Shown piece after piece: positions 26,075-39,825 of a DNA stretch of 64,000 bases; within the stretch, counting starts at the first letter, position 1; the number at the start of each line of letters is the position of its first letter. The stretch is taken from assembly GCA_951406725.2 (NCBI GenBank), contig OX597833.1:51212001-51276000 (forward strand), read 5' to 3'. Both the position numbers and the translations under genes were made by a program. The stretch comes from Octopus vulgaris (taxonomy: Eukaryota). The notes under the pieces were generated by a model. It did not search any database, was not told the DNA's origin, and saw only the letters and a list, made by a program, of their open reading frames with translations.

Positions 26075-26757
26075 AAGGGAGGCTTTGAACAAAGCGGTCG
26101 TCGGCATCTTCACCATCTCGTCTGGCAGCTTGTTCCACGGATCCGCAACCTGGACGGAGAAAGCTCCTCTCCTTCGATTGAGATGAAATCGTCGCAGGTA
26201 GAGCTCTTCGGAATGACCCCGCAGCCGACGCTCCGGAGCAGGAGTGAAGAACAGCTCTTTCGAGAGGTTACACTTCCCGCTTATGATGTTGTGGGCGAGA
26301 ATGAGATCATCACGGCGGCGGCGTTTTTCAAGAGAATAAAGGTCGAGCGTCCTCAGCCTTTCTTCGTAGGACAAATTTTTGAGACCATGAACCATGCGGG
26401 TAGCCAGCTCTGGACTCTTTCGAGATGCTGTATGTCTTTGAGGTGATAAGGAGAAGAGGCTTGAATCCCGTACTCCAATATGGGTCTCACCAGCGTGACA
26501 TAGAGTGGTAGGAATATGGCTGCTGTGAGCATTCCGAATGACCATCGAATCAAAAACAGAATTCCGCGCGCTTTGTTGGCAGCATGGACGCACTGGGCCG
26601 AAGGCGAAAAGGAGGAATCCACCAAGATACCCAGGTCCTTTACCTGATCGGTCCTCTCCAGCAGCAGACGACCCGGCTCGAAATCAAGTTGAGTTGCAGG
26701 AGTAGAGCCGACAGGCAGATGACAGCACTTTGACACGTTCAGACACAGGTCCCAATC
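26075..26757 (-). mobile_element. CR1-clade LINE ORF2 C-terminal fragment (RT thumb and downstream region), one frameshift
   Basis: WDLCLNVSKC...VKDLGILVDSSFSPSAQC...LYVTLVRPILEYG...LERVQ, then after a frameshift near 26405 RMVHGLKNLSYEERLRTLDLYSLEKRRRRDDLI...RGHS...WNKLP. Confidence 0.92.
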
Positions 26758-26833
26758 GTACATATATATACATATATACATACATATATACGTACATATA
26801 TATATATATATACATACATATATATACATATAT

Positions 26834-26998
26834 ACGACGGGCTTCTTTCACTTTCCGTCTATAAAATCCACACACAAAGCTTTTGTCGGCCCGAGGCTAT
26901 AGTAGAAGATACTTCCCCAAGGTGCCTCGCAGTGGGACTGAACCCGGAACCATGTGGTTCGTAAGCAAGCTACTTACCACACAGCCACTCCTCCGCCT
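26834..26998 (-). mobile_element. SINE family A, 5' half only
   Basis: Head and CORE-like part, followed by the internal microsatellite and then the LINE fragment. Confidence 0.88.
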
Positions 26999-27004
26999 AC
27001 CGTT

Positions 27005-27035
<31 letters not shown>

Positions 27036-27037
27036 AT

Positions 27038-27078
<41 letters not shown>

Positions 27079-27622
27079 TAAATTTCAGCTTATAACTACA
27101 GATGCAAACTTGGACACATCGTCAGCGTTATATCCTGGCGTATCATAACATGTCTCAAGTCTTGTAACATATATCTCAACCCAGCTGACCCCGACCTAGG
27201 TTGATCAATCCAAAGCCAACTACACAATTAGAATTTTGCAGACCCCTATGCTCACCTACTTTCCTACAATGTCACCCACATGCTTTCTCAGCAGATCCAT
27301 CGTTGTCTTTGATGGGTCTCTTCACCTGACTAATTCATGTAATTCTCACAGAACCATACGCCTTGCACAAAGAACGGCCCGTGAGCACTCCAAGGTAAAC
27401 TTCCACTGGTAAAACGCCTGGTACTTAGCTTTCATTGTCTATTGCGCCAACTCGACCCTCGTCTCACAAGATGAAGGCAATAATAATAACGAAGTCATAC
27501 ATTTATATATGCCTGTTTAATCATGTTTTTGATGTATGTGACTACACGTACGATTATCAATATTTGTGAGAACGCTTTCTCTGATAAAACACACATTTAT
27601 ATATCTCCATACATGTATGTAG

Positions 27623-27731
<109 letters not shown>

Positions 27732-27741
27732 GTATATATAC

Positions 27742-27809
<68 letters not shown>

Positions 27810-27849
27810 CTGTATAACTGTATCGACCAAACTGTGGGATCTGGACATG

Positions 27850-28088
27850 CACCGCTGGTCACAATGCGTTTTTCTTGCATTGTCGCAGCTTGCGGATGAT
27901 ACCACCCCGTTGAGTGGGCGGGTAGGCCAGTATTACTCCGGAACGGAACGCCTCCCCGTCGCAAGTCACCCATTAACAGCTGAGTGGAGTGGAACAACAT
28001 GAAAGGAAATGTTTTGCTCAACAATACAACGCACCGCTGGTTCTGGTAAACGAGAATACGATCTTGCGATAGGGAGTGCAACACACCT

Positions 28089-28090
<2 letters not shown>
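27850..28090 (-). mobile_element. SINE family D, degenerate
   Basis: TTGAGCAAAACATTTCCTTTCATGTTGTTCCACTCCACTCAGCTG on minus; homologous to 32277-32538. Confidence 0.65.
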
Positions 28091-28128
<38 letters not shown>

Positions 28129-28136
28129 CACGTACG

Positions 28137-28205
<69 letters not shown>

Positions 28206-28210
<5 letters not shown>

Positions 28211-28418
28211 AAATTTAAAGGACTGACCACTAAAAGTGGACAGTCTATATGCTAGATGTAGACGTCAAAATCGCTATTTTCCACGAAGAATGTGTTCTCA
28301 AGAAAAAACTCAAAGTGTAAAAATGAGAACACATTCTTCGTGGAAAATAGCGATTTTGACGTCTATATCTAGCATATGGACTGTCCACTTTTAGTGGTCA
28401 GTCCTTTAAATTTTGTAT
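28206..28418. repeat. Fold-back palindrome, 95-bp arms, 23-nt loop
   Basis: 28206-28300 vs 28324-28418, 2 mismatches seen. Confidence 0.93.
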
Positions 28419-28517
28419 GTAAAAATATTTTTAAGCTTCGGATTTTTTTAAATATGCTAGGCCACTGGTTTTAATTGATTAATATCAATTTCTACCCTTA
28501 TTTAATTATATGTATAT

Positions 28518-28815
28518 AATGGCCCAGCGGTTAGGGCAGCGGACTCGACGTTGTACGATCGCGGTTTCGATTCCCAGACCGTGCGCTGTGAGTGTTTATT
28601 GAGCGAAAACATCTAAAGCTCCACGAGGCTCCGGCAGGGGGTGGTGGCGATCCCTGCTGTACTCTTTCGCCACAACTTTCTCTCACTCTTTCTTCTGTTG
28701 GCCTGCTCGCTTAGCCAGCGGGGAAGCTTCATTTGAAGGTTAAAACAATGCGAAGCGCATTGTGACCAGCGATGTGTAGCAACGTCTGATAACCTGGTCG
28801 GTCACGGTGATCACG

Positions 28816-28820
<5 letters not shown>
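28518..28820 (+). mobile_element. tRNA-derived SINE family C
   Basis: TGGCCCAGCGGTTAGGGCAGCGGACTC...GGTTTCGATTCCC (A/B boxes); homologous to 46517-46820. Confidence 0.85.
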
Positions 28821-28858
<38 letters not shown>

Positions 28859-28859
28859 T

Positions 28860-28886
28860 TGTGTATGCGTCTTTGTGTGTTGTTGC

Positions 28887-28917
<31 letters not shown>

Positions 28918-29518
28918 ATGAATGTATTTGTGTGTCGGTGCTTGTCTCCCAACCGATGTTGGCGTGTTGACGTCACCGTAGCTTAACGGTTTGTCAAAAG
29001 GGAACGACAGAATACGTACAAGGCTTACAAAGAATAAGTTCCTCGAACAGAGGCTGTGCTCCAGCATGGCCTCAGTCAAATGACTGAAATAAGTAAAAGA
29101 ATATAAGTGGCTGTGTGGTAAGTAGCTTGCTTACGGACCACAAGGTTCCGGGTTCAGTCCCACTGCGTGGCATCTTGGTCAAGTGTATTCTACTATAGCC
29201 ACGGGCCAACCAAAGACTTGAGAGTGGATTTGATAGACGGAAACTGAAAGAAGCCCGTCGTATATATGTATATATGTATATATGCATGTGTGTGTGTGTA
29301 TATACATATATTTATGTATGTTTGTGTGTCTGTGTTTGTCCCCCCAACATCGCTCGACAAACGATGCTGGCGTGTTTACGTCCCCGTAACTTAGCGGTTC
29401 AGCAAAAAATTACGATAGAATAAGTACTAGGTTTACAAAGAATAAGGGGGCGATTTGCTCGACTAAAGGCGGTGCTCCAGCATGGCCACAGTCATATGAC
29501 TGAAACAAGTAAAAGAGT
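28860..29518 (+). mobile_element. Two tandem SINE-A copies (3' half 28860-29102; near-full 29106-29518)
   Basis: Homology to the A family. Confidence 0.88.
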
Positions 29519-29601
29519 ATATATATATATGTGTGTTTGTGTGTATATGTATATGTATTTATGTATGTGTACATATATATATATGTGTGTATATTTATAC
29601 A

Positions 29602-29637
<36 letters not shown>

Positions 29638-29639
29638 TG

Positions 29640-29670
<31 letters not shown>

Positions 29671-29845
29671 CATGTGTCCGTGTTCTTCTCTACTTTTTAT
29701 TCGTATAACGTAATTTGATGCGTACATGTTGAGCAAATTATAAATTGACTGTGTATATATGTCGGTTTATATCTATACACGAATATAATGCATGCGTATG
29801 TCCATTTGATTTTGCGTCTATGTAAATCTCTCTCTCTCTCACTAT

Positions 29846-29932
<87 letters not shown>

Positions 29933-30394
29933 CGTACATACATCCATACATTTGTATGTACTCTCGCATGCTTGTCCATATCTTAGGCGCCATTACTGCT
30001 CAGTGACATTCGGTGCTGGGTCCGTCAGTTTCTGATGTAGTCTCCTTCTGAACGAAACCATTCAAAGATTATTTGATACCTGCAGCTGCACAACTCTCAT
30101 CAGCAAGTGACAAAAACAGGAATCAAGTCATTATACAGAACTAACTTTGAATTCCTTCACAATCTCACCTCTGACCAAATCGCTAACGTTCAGCCTTTCA
30201 AAATGATGCATTTTCACTGCAACATCACATTTTCATGGAAATGTCTAAGGCTATAGGGAGTTGGGTAGTTAATTGGAACTTAATGTGTCGGGGAACGTGG
30301 GAATTAATAATGTGAATCTTAAGCTTAGTTTTCTCCAGGTGATGTAATTTTGATTAAAGCAACATCCGGTTTTGATGGCTTCTGAAGATGATTT

Positions 30395-30454
30395 TGTTGT
30401 TGCTGCGTTGTTGTTATTTATGTTGTTGTAGTTATTGTTGTTGTTAGCGACGAC

Positions 30455-30497
<43 letters not shown>

Positions 30498-30558
30498 GCG
30501 GTGGTGATGGTGGTGGTGATGATGGTGATGATGATGATGATGATGGTGATGATGATGG

Positions 30559-30599
<41 letters not shown>

Positions 30600-30715
30600 A
30601 TGGTGGTGATGATGATGATGATGATGATGGTGATGGTGGGTGATGATGATGATGATGATAATGGTGATGATGATGGTGATGATGATGAGGATGATGAAGA
30701 TGATGATGGTGGTGG

Positions 30716-30762
<47 letters not shown>

Positions 30763-30815
30763 GTGGTGGCGGTGGTGGTGGTGGTGATGATGATGATGAT
30801 GACGATGGTGTTGAT
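30395..30815. repeat. (GAT)n/(GGT)n/(GTT)n trinucleotide field
   Basis: Read directly from the sequence. Confidence 0.95.
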
Positions 30816-31119
30816 GTCTTGAATCTGAATTGTGATGCCACAACCGGCTTAGAAATCATGATACTATTGAGGAAGAAATGTGTGTGTATGTGTATGTGAG
30901 AGTTTGCATGTATATATATATATGTATATACATATATACACATATATACATATATATAATATATATACATACACACACCAGCCGCGTACATATATACTTA
31001 TAAGTATATATTCATACGCAGAATCATATACATTTGGCAAGCGTATACATACTATCATACAATACCTATCAATCAATCTATCAATCCATCTATATACCTA
31101 TATATGAGTGCATGTGTGT

Positions 31120-31166
<47 letters not shown>

Positions 31167-31399
31167 TGTGTGTGTATGTGTGTACATATATTCACAAACA
31201 TACATGCAAAAAACCATACAATGATTTACAGATATATACATGCATGCATTTTCATACGTCGACAGACATTTTATCTAAGTTTTCTCTCTCTTACTCTCTC
31301 TTATTCTGTCTTTCTCTCTCTCTCCCTCACTTTCTCTCATGCACACACATACACACACGCTCGCAACATGCATATATGCATACACACACAAATACAGTG

Positions 31400-31648
31400 T
31401 CGGGCAAAATGCTTAACGCTCTTTCTTCCGATTCGTTATATCCTGAGTTCAAATCTCGCCGTAGTTCACTCTGCCTTTCATCTTTTTGGAGTTGATGTCA
31501 CAAAAATATAGTCCTATTCAAGTGCAGGGGGTCGATATAAGTGACAAAGTACCAGTTACGCACTGGGGTCGACGTAATCGACTTAATCCGTTTGTCTGTC
31601 CTTGTTTGTCCCCTCTATGTTTAGCCCCTTGTGGGCAATAAAGAAACA
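31400..31648 (+). mobile_element. SINE family B: old degenerate copy plus younger tail-1 fragment
   Basis: 31400-31540 is diverged; 31547-31648 is close to the young tail-1 sequence. Confidence 0.7.
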
Positions 31649-32276
31649 GATATAAATGACAAAATCCCACCCTTCAATACCACAGGGTCATTTCGTAATC
31701 ATGCCTGATCGCTAGCGCAAAAACAAACTTTATGAGACTAGTGAAGCAGGCTTGACAGCCCCCTTATAAAATAACAGCTCCCTTATAAAAATCACTCGAG
31801 AGAGTCCTGTCTCGGGAGATGAAGATAGGGAAAAACAGGCGGACAGTGAACTGAAGCAAAAACAGCAACAGTGAGAGAAGGTTCCAAAGACTTCCATTCC
31901 AATAGTACTGACAGTCGAAACCCTGGAAATGCCAAAGGTAACTAGTAAGGGGTAGTTCCTTATTCAATTTTCCTACTCTTCTGAAGTTGCTTCTTAAACC
32001 TTTCTCTTGATGTATGATTTAATTCAGAATGATTGCTAAAGAGAAAAAGAATGAATGAAAGAAACAGATAAGAAGAAAAATGATGAAGAACCAATCTCAA
32101 TATTTAAATGTTAGTATATTAAACGAACCCAGAAGAATGAAATTCAAAGCTTTACTCGGATGGATTTGAACTCAAAACACAGATTACTGGGATAAACGCT
32201 GCAAAGAATTTTGCCGTTTGCTCTAGCGACACGTCTAAGTTGTCGCATCAAGTAATATAATAAATAAATAAATAAG

Positions 32277-32538
32277 TGTGCCCTTTTAAAGCCTAGTCAG
32301 ACTCATGGGCCCGGTTTCCCGATTTCCCGGTTTCCCAGTTTCTATGGCGTGTGTTCCCCAGCTGGACGGGACGCCAGTCCATCGCAGCGTTACTCATTTT
32401 TGCCAGCTGAGTGGACTGGAGCAACGTGAAATGAAGTGTTTTGCTCAAGAACTCAATGCGTCGCTCGGTCCAGGAATCGAAACCACAATCTTACGATCAT
32501 GATGCTGACACGCTAACCACTAAGCCACGCACCTCCAC
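32277..32538 (-). mobile_element. tRNA-derived SINE family D
   Basis: Minus strand: GTGGAGGTGCGTGGCTTAGTGGTTAG...GGTTTCGATTCCTGG...TTGAGCAAAACACTTCATTTCAC. Degenerate relatives at ~7580, 18300-18530, 34103-34345 and 51490-51668. Confidence 0.8.
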
Positions 32539-32814
32539 CATCACGTAATATAGTTGTTGTTTAATTCTTTCTTTCTTCTTTCTCTTTTAGAGCGATTCAT
32601 TGTTTTTAATTTTTTCACTTTGTGTTTTGTTTTCATTTCATCCTCTCATCCGCTCTATCCTTTTCTTTCCCTCCTATTTCTCCGTAAGAGAAATTAGAGG
32701 GAGGGAGAGAGAGAGAAAGAGAGAGAGAGAGACATAAACAGAGTATGCGCATTTCATGCTTTTCATTTGATGTTTCTTTCTTCCTCTTACTCCTACTCTC
32801 CTTCATGCTTCGTC

Positions 32815-32865
<51 letters not shown>

Positions 32866-32982
32866 ATTTCCTTTCTCTTTCTTTTGCTCACTCCCCCTCT
32901 CTCTATCCTAAACATATTATTCTCTCTCTAACTCTCTTCCATTTTTGCTCGTCATTTTAAATTTCTCCCAGCTCCTTTCTAT

Positions 32983-33031
<49 letters not shown>

Positions 33032-33808
33032 CCAGTCTCTACTGTATATTTTCTCTTTCACTCTCTCGTTTTTTCCACTCTCACCTCTTCACCCCCCTCC
33101 TCCTCCTCCTCATCCTCCTCCTTTTTCCAAGTACTTTTTTTTCCATTTTTCTCTCATTCTCAAAAGCGCATATACATAATCCAGTTAGCATATCATTTGC
33201 ATAAAATGAAATTAGCGGTTATATTTTCAATTATTATCTAATTAAATACCAACAAACAGTTCCTCGCCTTTGCTTGTACCTTTGTAACCCACATTTTTAG
33301 TAGATTAGTGATACTGTTGTGGTTATAATTAAGAGAATCAGTCACCTTTAACACTAGTTATTTGTGTGGAATACTGTGTAGGAATGAAAACAGCATTCAG
33401 TTTGTTTGGGTTTTTTTCGCCGTAAACGCTGGAATCCAATTCGAATAAAGAACATTCTCTATTCACCTAATAAAGTAATAGATTTTTGGGAGGTGAAGAG
33501 GGTCTCGAACCATAGCGCACATGGCGTGTTACCCGGTTTCCATGGCGTATGAGCGAAAGAGATTACAATGCTTCACCTTGTACGCGACGCTGATCTGTCG
33601 AAGGGGTCAAGACTAGCGATTTTTTTAAGGGAGGTAAGCAGGTCGATTATATCGACACCAGTTCTTCTATTCTATAAAAGAACCTAGGCTCGAAACGTTG
33701 AAGACCTCTTCCGTTTTTCTTGAGCTTTAAACAAGCACGCTCTGTTTCTTGTTCTTTTGCCTGTCTTTGCGCTTTTTGTATATTTTGGGATCATATATGT
33801 GTGTGTGA

Positions 33809-33887
<79 letters not shown>

Positions 33888-33894
33888 TATATTA

Positions 33895-34046
33895 TATTAA
33901 ATTAGAAACAAAACCACTATTAGGCAAATGAAACAATGAAAGACTTAAGCCAATACATATGATTAATTTATATTATTTAAATATGTAACGAATTATCAAA
34001 AATTATAATTAATATCCCACTACGATCGTTTCCTGCCTGCAGTCTT

Positions 34047-34048
<2 letters not shown>
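33895..34048 (-). mobile_element. Penelope-like terminal relic with partial hammerhead (GAAA-CGATCG-TA)
   Basis: Lies between (TA)n tracts; 33900-33960 is homologous to the arm of the palindrome at 44931. Confidence 0.5.
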
Positions 34049-34105
<57 letters not shown>

Positions 34106-34371
34106 GATCGTGGGTTCGATTCCCAGACCGGGCGTTGCGTTGTGTTCTTAAGCAAAACACTTCATTTCATGTTGCTCTGCGATCATTTCGACATCTGACA
34201 TGTGGCACCCAGTTGAACCTATACAGGTAATGTCAATCTGATGGAGGGAGTGAGCTTATGTCTACACAAACATTTGATCACTATAAACAAATCATATGTG
34301 TGGCTGTTCGGTAAGAAATTTTCGAACCCTCATACGACGTCTAACGACGGGAGAGTCCATTATATTAGAGG

Positions 34372-34430
<59 letters not shown>

Positions 34431-34684
34431 ACATAGATAGATTGGGATACAGAGAGACAGACAGAGAGATAGGCAGACATGCAAACATACATTATTCTAT
34501 TACTGCTGAAGACATGAAGAGCAAAGTTGATGTCGTCGGGATTTGAACTCCGAACAGAAAGAGCCAAAAGTAATGCCGTTTTGTCCGATTCTATGATTGA
34601 ACGAGATTACTTGCCTCTTGTTCCTACACCTGTCTTCATTTTTTGCTTTTTTATAAATTTGAACTAATCTCTTTCTCTCTTTTT

Positions 34685-35079
34685 TCTCTTTTTTACTTGT
34701 TTCAGTCATTTGACTGCGGCCATGCTGGAGCACCGCCTTTTAGTCGAGCAAATCGACCCCAGGACTTATTCTTTGTAAGCCCAGTACTTATCCTATCGGT
34801 CTCTTTTGCCGAACCGCTAAGTAACGGGGATGTAAACACACCAGCATCGGTTGTCAAGCGATGTTGGGGAGACAAACACACACACGTATATACATAAATA
34901 TATATATATGTATATACGACGTGCTTCTTTCAGTTTCCGTCTACCAAATCCACTCACAAGGCTTTGGTTGGCCCGAGGCTATACTAGAAGACACTTGCCC
35001 AAGGTGCCACGCAGTGGGACTGAATCCGGAACTGTGTGGTTGGTAAGCAAGCTACTTACCACACAGCCACTCCTGCGCC

Positions 35080-35080
<1 letters not shown>
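34685..35080 (-). mobile_element. SINE family A
   Basis: Full homology. Confidence 0.92.
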
Positions 35081-35143
<63 letters not shown>

Positions 35144-35265
35144 CGTATATAACACACATATACACACACATATATGTATGCATGCATGTAAGCGTATGTA
35201 CGCATGAGGGTGTGAACAAACGAAACACACAACATATTTAACTGGAGTTAGCATTTAACCAGACA

Positions 35266-35437
35266 GGTGCGGGAGTGGCTGTGTGTTAAGTAGATTGCTT
35301 ACCAACCACATGGTTCCGGGTTCAGTCCCACTGCGTGGCATCTTGGGCAAGTGTCTTCTGCTATAGCCCCGGGTCGACCAAAGCCTTGTGAGTGGATTTG
35401 GTAGACGGAAACTGAAAGAAGCCCGTCGTATATATGT

Positions 35438-35517
<80 letters not shown>

Positions 35518-35731
35518 CTTTGTGTGTCTGTGTTTGTCCCCCTAGCATTGCTTGACAACCGATGGTGGTGTGTTTAAGTCCCCGTCACTTAGCAGTTCAG
35601 CAAAAGAGAACCGATAGAATAAGTACTGGGCTTAGAAAGAATAAGTCCCGGGGTCGATTTGCTCGACTAAAGGCGGTGCTCCAGCATGGCCGCAGTCAAA
35701 TGACTGAAACAAGTAAAAGAGTAAAGAGTAA
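35266..35731 (+). mobile_element. SINE family A
   Basis: Full homology. Confidence 0.92.
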
Positions 35732-36269
35732 GTACTGGAGAGAATTTAAACCAGGGGCTAAGGTTCGAGCCGCGCTTGAGGTACTTAAGTGCTGCCTTCT
35801 GGAACAAATCAAGATTGGGCACATTTTCTTTAATTACATAGTATTATATTTAATCCAATGATCTTAAATATTTAAAAACAACGTCATTGAAAGGTCATTT
35901 CTTAAATTTTTATTTTTTAATTTAATATTCATAATTTGATTTCCACAATCAATTTCATTACGTTTTTCTGTTATATTTCATAAAATATTCTAAATAGTAA
36001 GAATTTATTAGATTACATTTAATTCAATGCAGCTTACAAATACAAAATATTCTGTAGTCCCGGGATTACACCCTTTCTTTCCTTGTGTGGCCTTCTTTCC
36101 GTGTTAGACATGTATTTTAAGTAACACTGAAGGATGAATTGTCAAGCCGTTTTATAATGGGGTTGTGAACTCAAAGTGTCAATCCGCTAATTTAACCAAT
36201 CGTAATAATTGTTTCAAATTTTGGCTCATGCACAGCAATTGTAGAGGAAGGAGTTAACCACAGAATTTG

Positions 36270-36721
36270 ACGGGGACTTTATTTAATCAACTCCGAAAGA
36301 ATGAAAGGCAAAGTCGATCTCGGTGAAAATTTGACTTCAGAGTTAAATGACAGAAAAAACGGCTACAACCTGCTAACGATTCTTACTTCTTTATTGCCCA
36401 CAAGGGGCTACACACAGAGGGAACAAACAAGGATAGACAAATGGATTAAATCGTTTATATCGACGCCAGTGCGTAACTAGTTCTTATTTAATCGACCCCG
36501 AAAGGATGAAAGGCAAAGTCGACCTCGGCGGAATTTGAACTCAGAACGTAAAAACAGACGAAATACCTATTTCCCCATTACTTAGCGGTTCGACAAAAGA
36601 GACCGATAGAATAAGTACTAGGCTTACAAAGAATAAGTCCTGAGGTCGATTTGCTCGACTAAAGGCGGTGCTCCAGCATGGCCGCAGTCAAATGACTGAA
36701 ACAAGTAAAAGAGTAAAAGAG
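36270..36721. mobile_element. SINE-B cluster on minus (36270-36572) fused to a SINE-A 3' part on plus (36572-36721)
   Basis: Homology to the B and A families. Confidence 0.8.
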
Positions 36722-37034
36722 ATGCATAGCAAAACAAAAGTGCCCTTGCTACTCTTGGCCTGCGGAGGATGCCCGGTACTAAGACGGCTGAAATAAAGTT
36801 ATTATGAAAGGAAACCATAAACAATAGATCTCCCTATCATTCTCGCTCTCGGCATCTGGTGGGCTGCCCTAGTAAAAGCTTCAAGATAATATTCCGTTGA
36901 CCGGCCATTCAGAAAAACTTGCGGGCCACAATATGCCCATGATTCTTCCATAAAGTCATTCCTTTAAATTATGCTCTCTGTCTCTGTCTCTGTCTCTCTG
37001 TCTCTGTCTCTCTCTGTCTGTCTGTCTGTCTCTG

Positions 37035-37088
<54 letters not shown>

Positions 37089-37583
37089 GCGCTTTCTTCG
37101 CGTTCCTAGCTTATAGATATATAGACATTTATACCAAAATTTGAAGATTCATGTCTTTTTTTACTTGAGAAAGATACATCATTGGTTTCCTATTGCCTTC
37201 TGTCGATATATTTACAGAATACTATACTAATCTCCTTCTCTTCTGAGCTTACTCTTGAGCTAACACAACCCGTTTACTTTTTAAGCTGAAGAACTGGTTC
37301 TTATCACATTAGGACATATTCATACGCTGATGAGCCAACCTGACTCCTAATCTTGCATGCTCTAGCCACAAGGACGGATTCTGCTATTTGACCCATAACT
37401 AGGACACAAGAAAAATAAGGACCTTCCAGATCAAAGCAAGCCTGGGAATATCGGTGACCATAGAGTAAGTCTATAACTCACCAAAATTCCATGAGAACCC
37501 GAACTGGGACCTCACCGCCGAATACAGTTTTAGGTATTGCTCAGGACTAAAATCATACAGTACAGTTTTCACAAGATAAAGGT

Positions 37584-37820
37584 AGGCGGCGAGCTGGCAG
37601 AATCGTTAGCACGCCGGGTGAAATGCGTAGCCGTATTTCGTATGCCGCTGCGTTCTGAGTTCAAATTCCGCCGAGGCCGACTTTGCCTTTCATCCTTTCG
37701 GGGTCGATAAATTAAGTACCAATTACGAACTGGGGTCGATTTAATCGACTTAATCCGTTTGTCTGTCCTTGTTTGTCCCCCTCTGTGTTTAATCCCCTGT
37801 GGGTAGTAAAGAAATAGGTA
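37584..37820 (+). mobile_element. SINE family B monomer
   Basis: GGCGGCGAGCTGGCAGAATCG ... AAAGAAATAGGTA. Confidence 0.9.
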
Positions 37821-38695
37821 GTCTTAGATACATTGTCTGTATAAAAGACATGATGGTTATGACTAAAACCACCTTTGATGAGAGTTCAGAATAATCATTA
37901 CTGGGCTTAATAACAGCAACAACAATATCAAAAGTCACTGATGGGTATGATAAAATTTAATTAACAGTTTTTGGTTTAAAAAAAACAAAAAACAAAAAAA
38001 AATTTTTTTTTTCCAAAATCGATAATAAAAACGTAGAAATATAATTAACGTTACAAAACAATATCATTTTAATCCCGTCATTGTTATTTGATAATAATTC
38101 CATTTATTTGTTTGCTTGTTGGTTGGTTGGTTGGTTGGTTGGTTTAGTGATTTTCACTCATTCATTGATTCAGCTAAGCAAAGAACCGGCAGCCATCAAG
38201 ACAAGTTAATCGTTCAATCTTTCCTTATCAGGATTTCTCTCTCTGTCTCTCTCCCTCCCTCTTTCCCTCCCTCTCTCTCCGTTTCATTGAGTTTTTCTCT
38301 CTCACCCACGCTCTCTCCCTCTATCTCTGCCTCTCTTACTTCACTCCTCTTGTTAGTTATTCAATTTGCGACTCGCTCTGGCCTCAATCTGTCTGTTCGG
38401 TTAAAAAGTTTTGATTAAAATTCCTCACAAAGTTCACTTTTAACAATACTAAGATTGTTAAATATTCTGTTGTTGTTGTTGTTGTTGTTGTTTTTATTGC
38501 TATTGTTGTTCGTTGTTGACTATGGAGTGTTTATCACCGCAGTATTTAATTTGTTTTACTTGCATTAGCAAACTCAATGTTAGATAATTGCAACCGACCG
38601 CTACTATATCCATTACTCTGCTTGGCTGTGTTTCTATGTATGTATCTTTGTGTGCAAGTATGTGTGTGTGTGTCTATTTGAACACATAGATACAA

Positions 38696-38759
<64 letters not shown>

Positions 38760-39066
38760 TTATATACGTACATATATATCTACACATATCTATATACAAA
38801 TACATAGATACATGCATATTAGATATACATTCATCATCTTATATATATACATGTGTGTGTGTGTGTATGTGTGTGTTTCAAATTTGTTAATTTTGTGAAT
38901 TTAATTACACGCATGCAGATAGACTTATAATGAATTCATTTACAATCCATGCACGCACACAAATATATAAATATATAAATAGATAGATATACTGCTTGTT
39001 AGATAGATAGAAAGAGAGAGATATAGAGATAGAGAGATAGAGAGATATAGAGAGAGATAGAGAGAG

Positions 39067-39101
<35 letters not shown>

Positions 39102-39283
39102 CAGACAGATAGATAGAGAGAGAGAGAGAGAGAGATACATGCATACATATATACATACATACGTACGTACATACATACATACATACATACATACATACAT
39201 ACATACATACATACATACATGAGTAGCAATATGTGTATGAATGTAAATATGATACATGGTGTGTATATGTATACATATACATA

Positions 39284-39489
39284 GTTAATCCAAACATGAA
39301 AACACAAAGAAAAAACACAACAACGCGAGGACGTGGAACAAGTATAGTGTTATTGGACGCTCAGGAAAGGAAAGAAAGAAGGAGATTAACGTTTCGAGCG
39401 GAGCTCTTCGTCAGAAACATAGAAAAAAGAAAGGTCCAAGGAAGGGAAGACGGAGAAAGAAAATCTCCAACGATACACAACGTGGTCAC
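39284..39489 (-). mobile_element. Family E Penelope-like relic with intact-core hammerhead at 39384-39418
   Basis: Minus strand: GTTT-CTGACGA-A-GAGC-TCC-GCTC-GAAA-C-GTT-AATC. Confidence 0.72.
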
Positions 39490-39790
39490 ATATGTATATA
39501 TATATATGTATGTATATACATATATACATACATACATATATGTATGTTTATATATACATGAATATAGATATATACATATACATGCATACATACACACATA
39601 CATACATACATACGTACATACATACATACATACATACACACACACATACATACATACATACATGCATGCATGCATACATACATACATACATACATACAAG
39701 CATACATACAAGCATACATACATGCATACATACATACATACATGCATACATACATACATACATACATACATACATACATACATACATACA

Positions 39791-39825
<35 letters not shown>

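Noticed and set aside
26151-26161. TGGACGGAGAA, matching the 5' part of miR-184
   Set aside because: The match breaks after 11 nt, lies inside LINE coding sequence and has no precursor hairpin.
31790-31970. Purine-rich unique stretch that might be an exon or LINE remnant
   Set aside because: No convincing motif or splice-flanked open frame.
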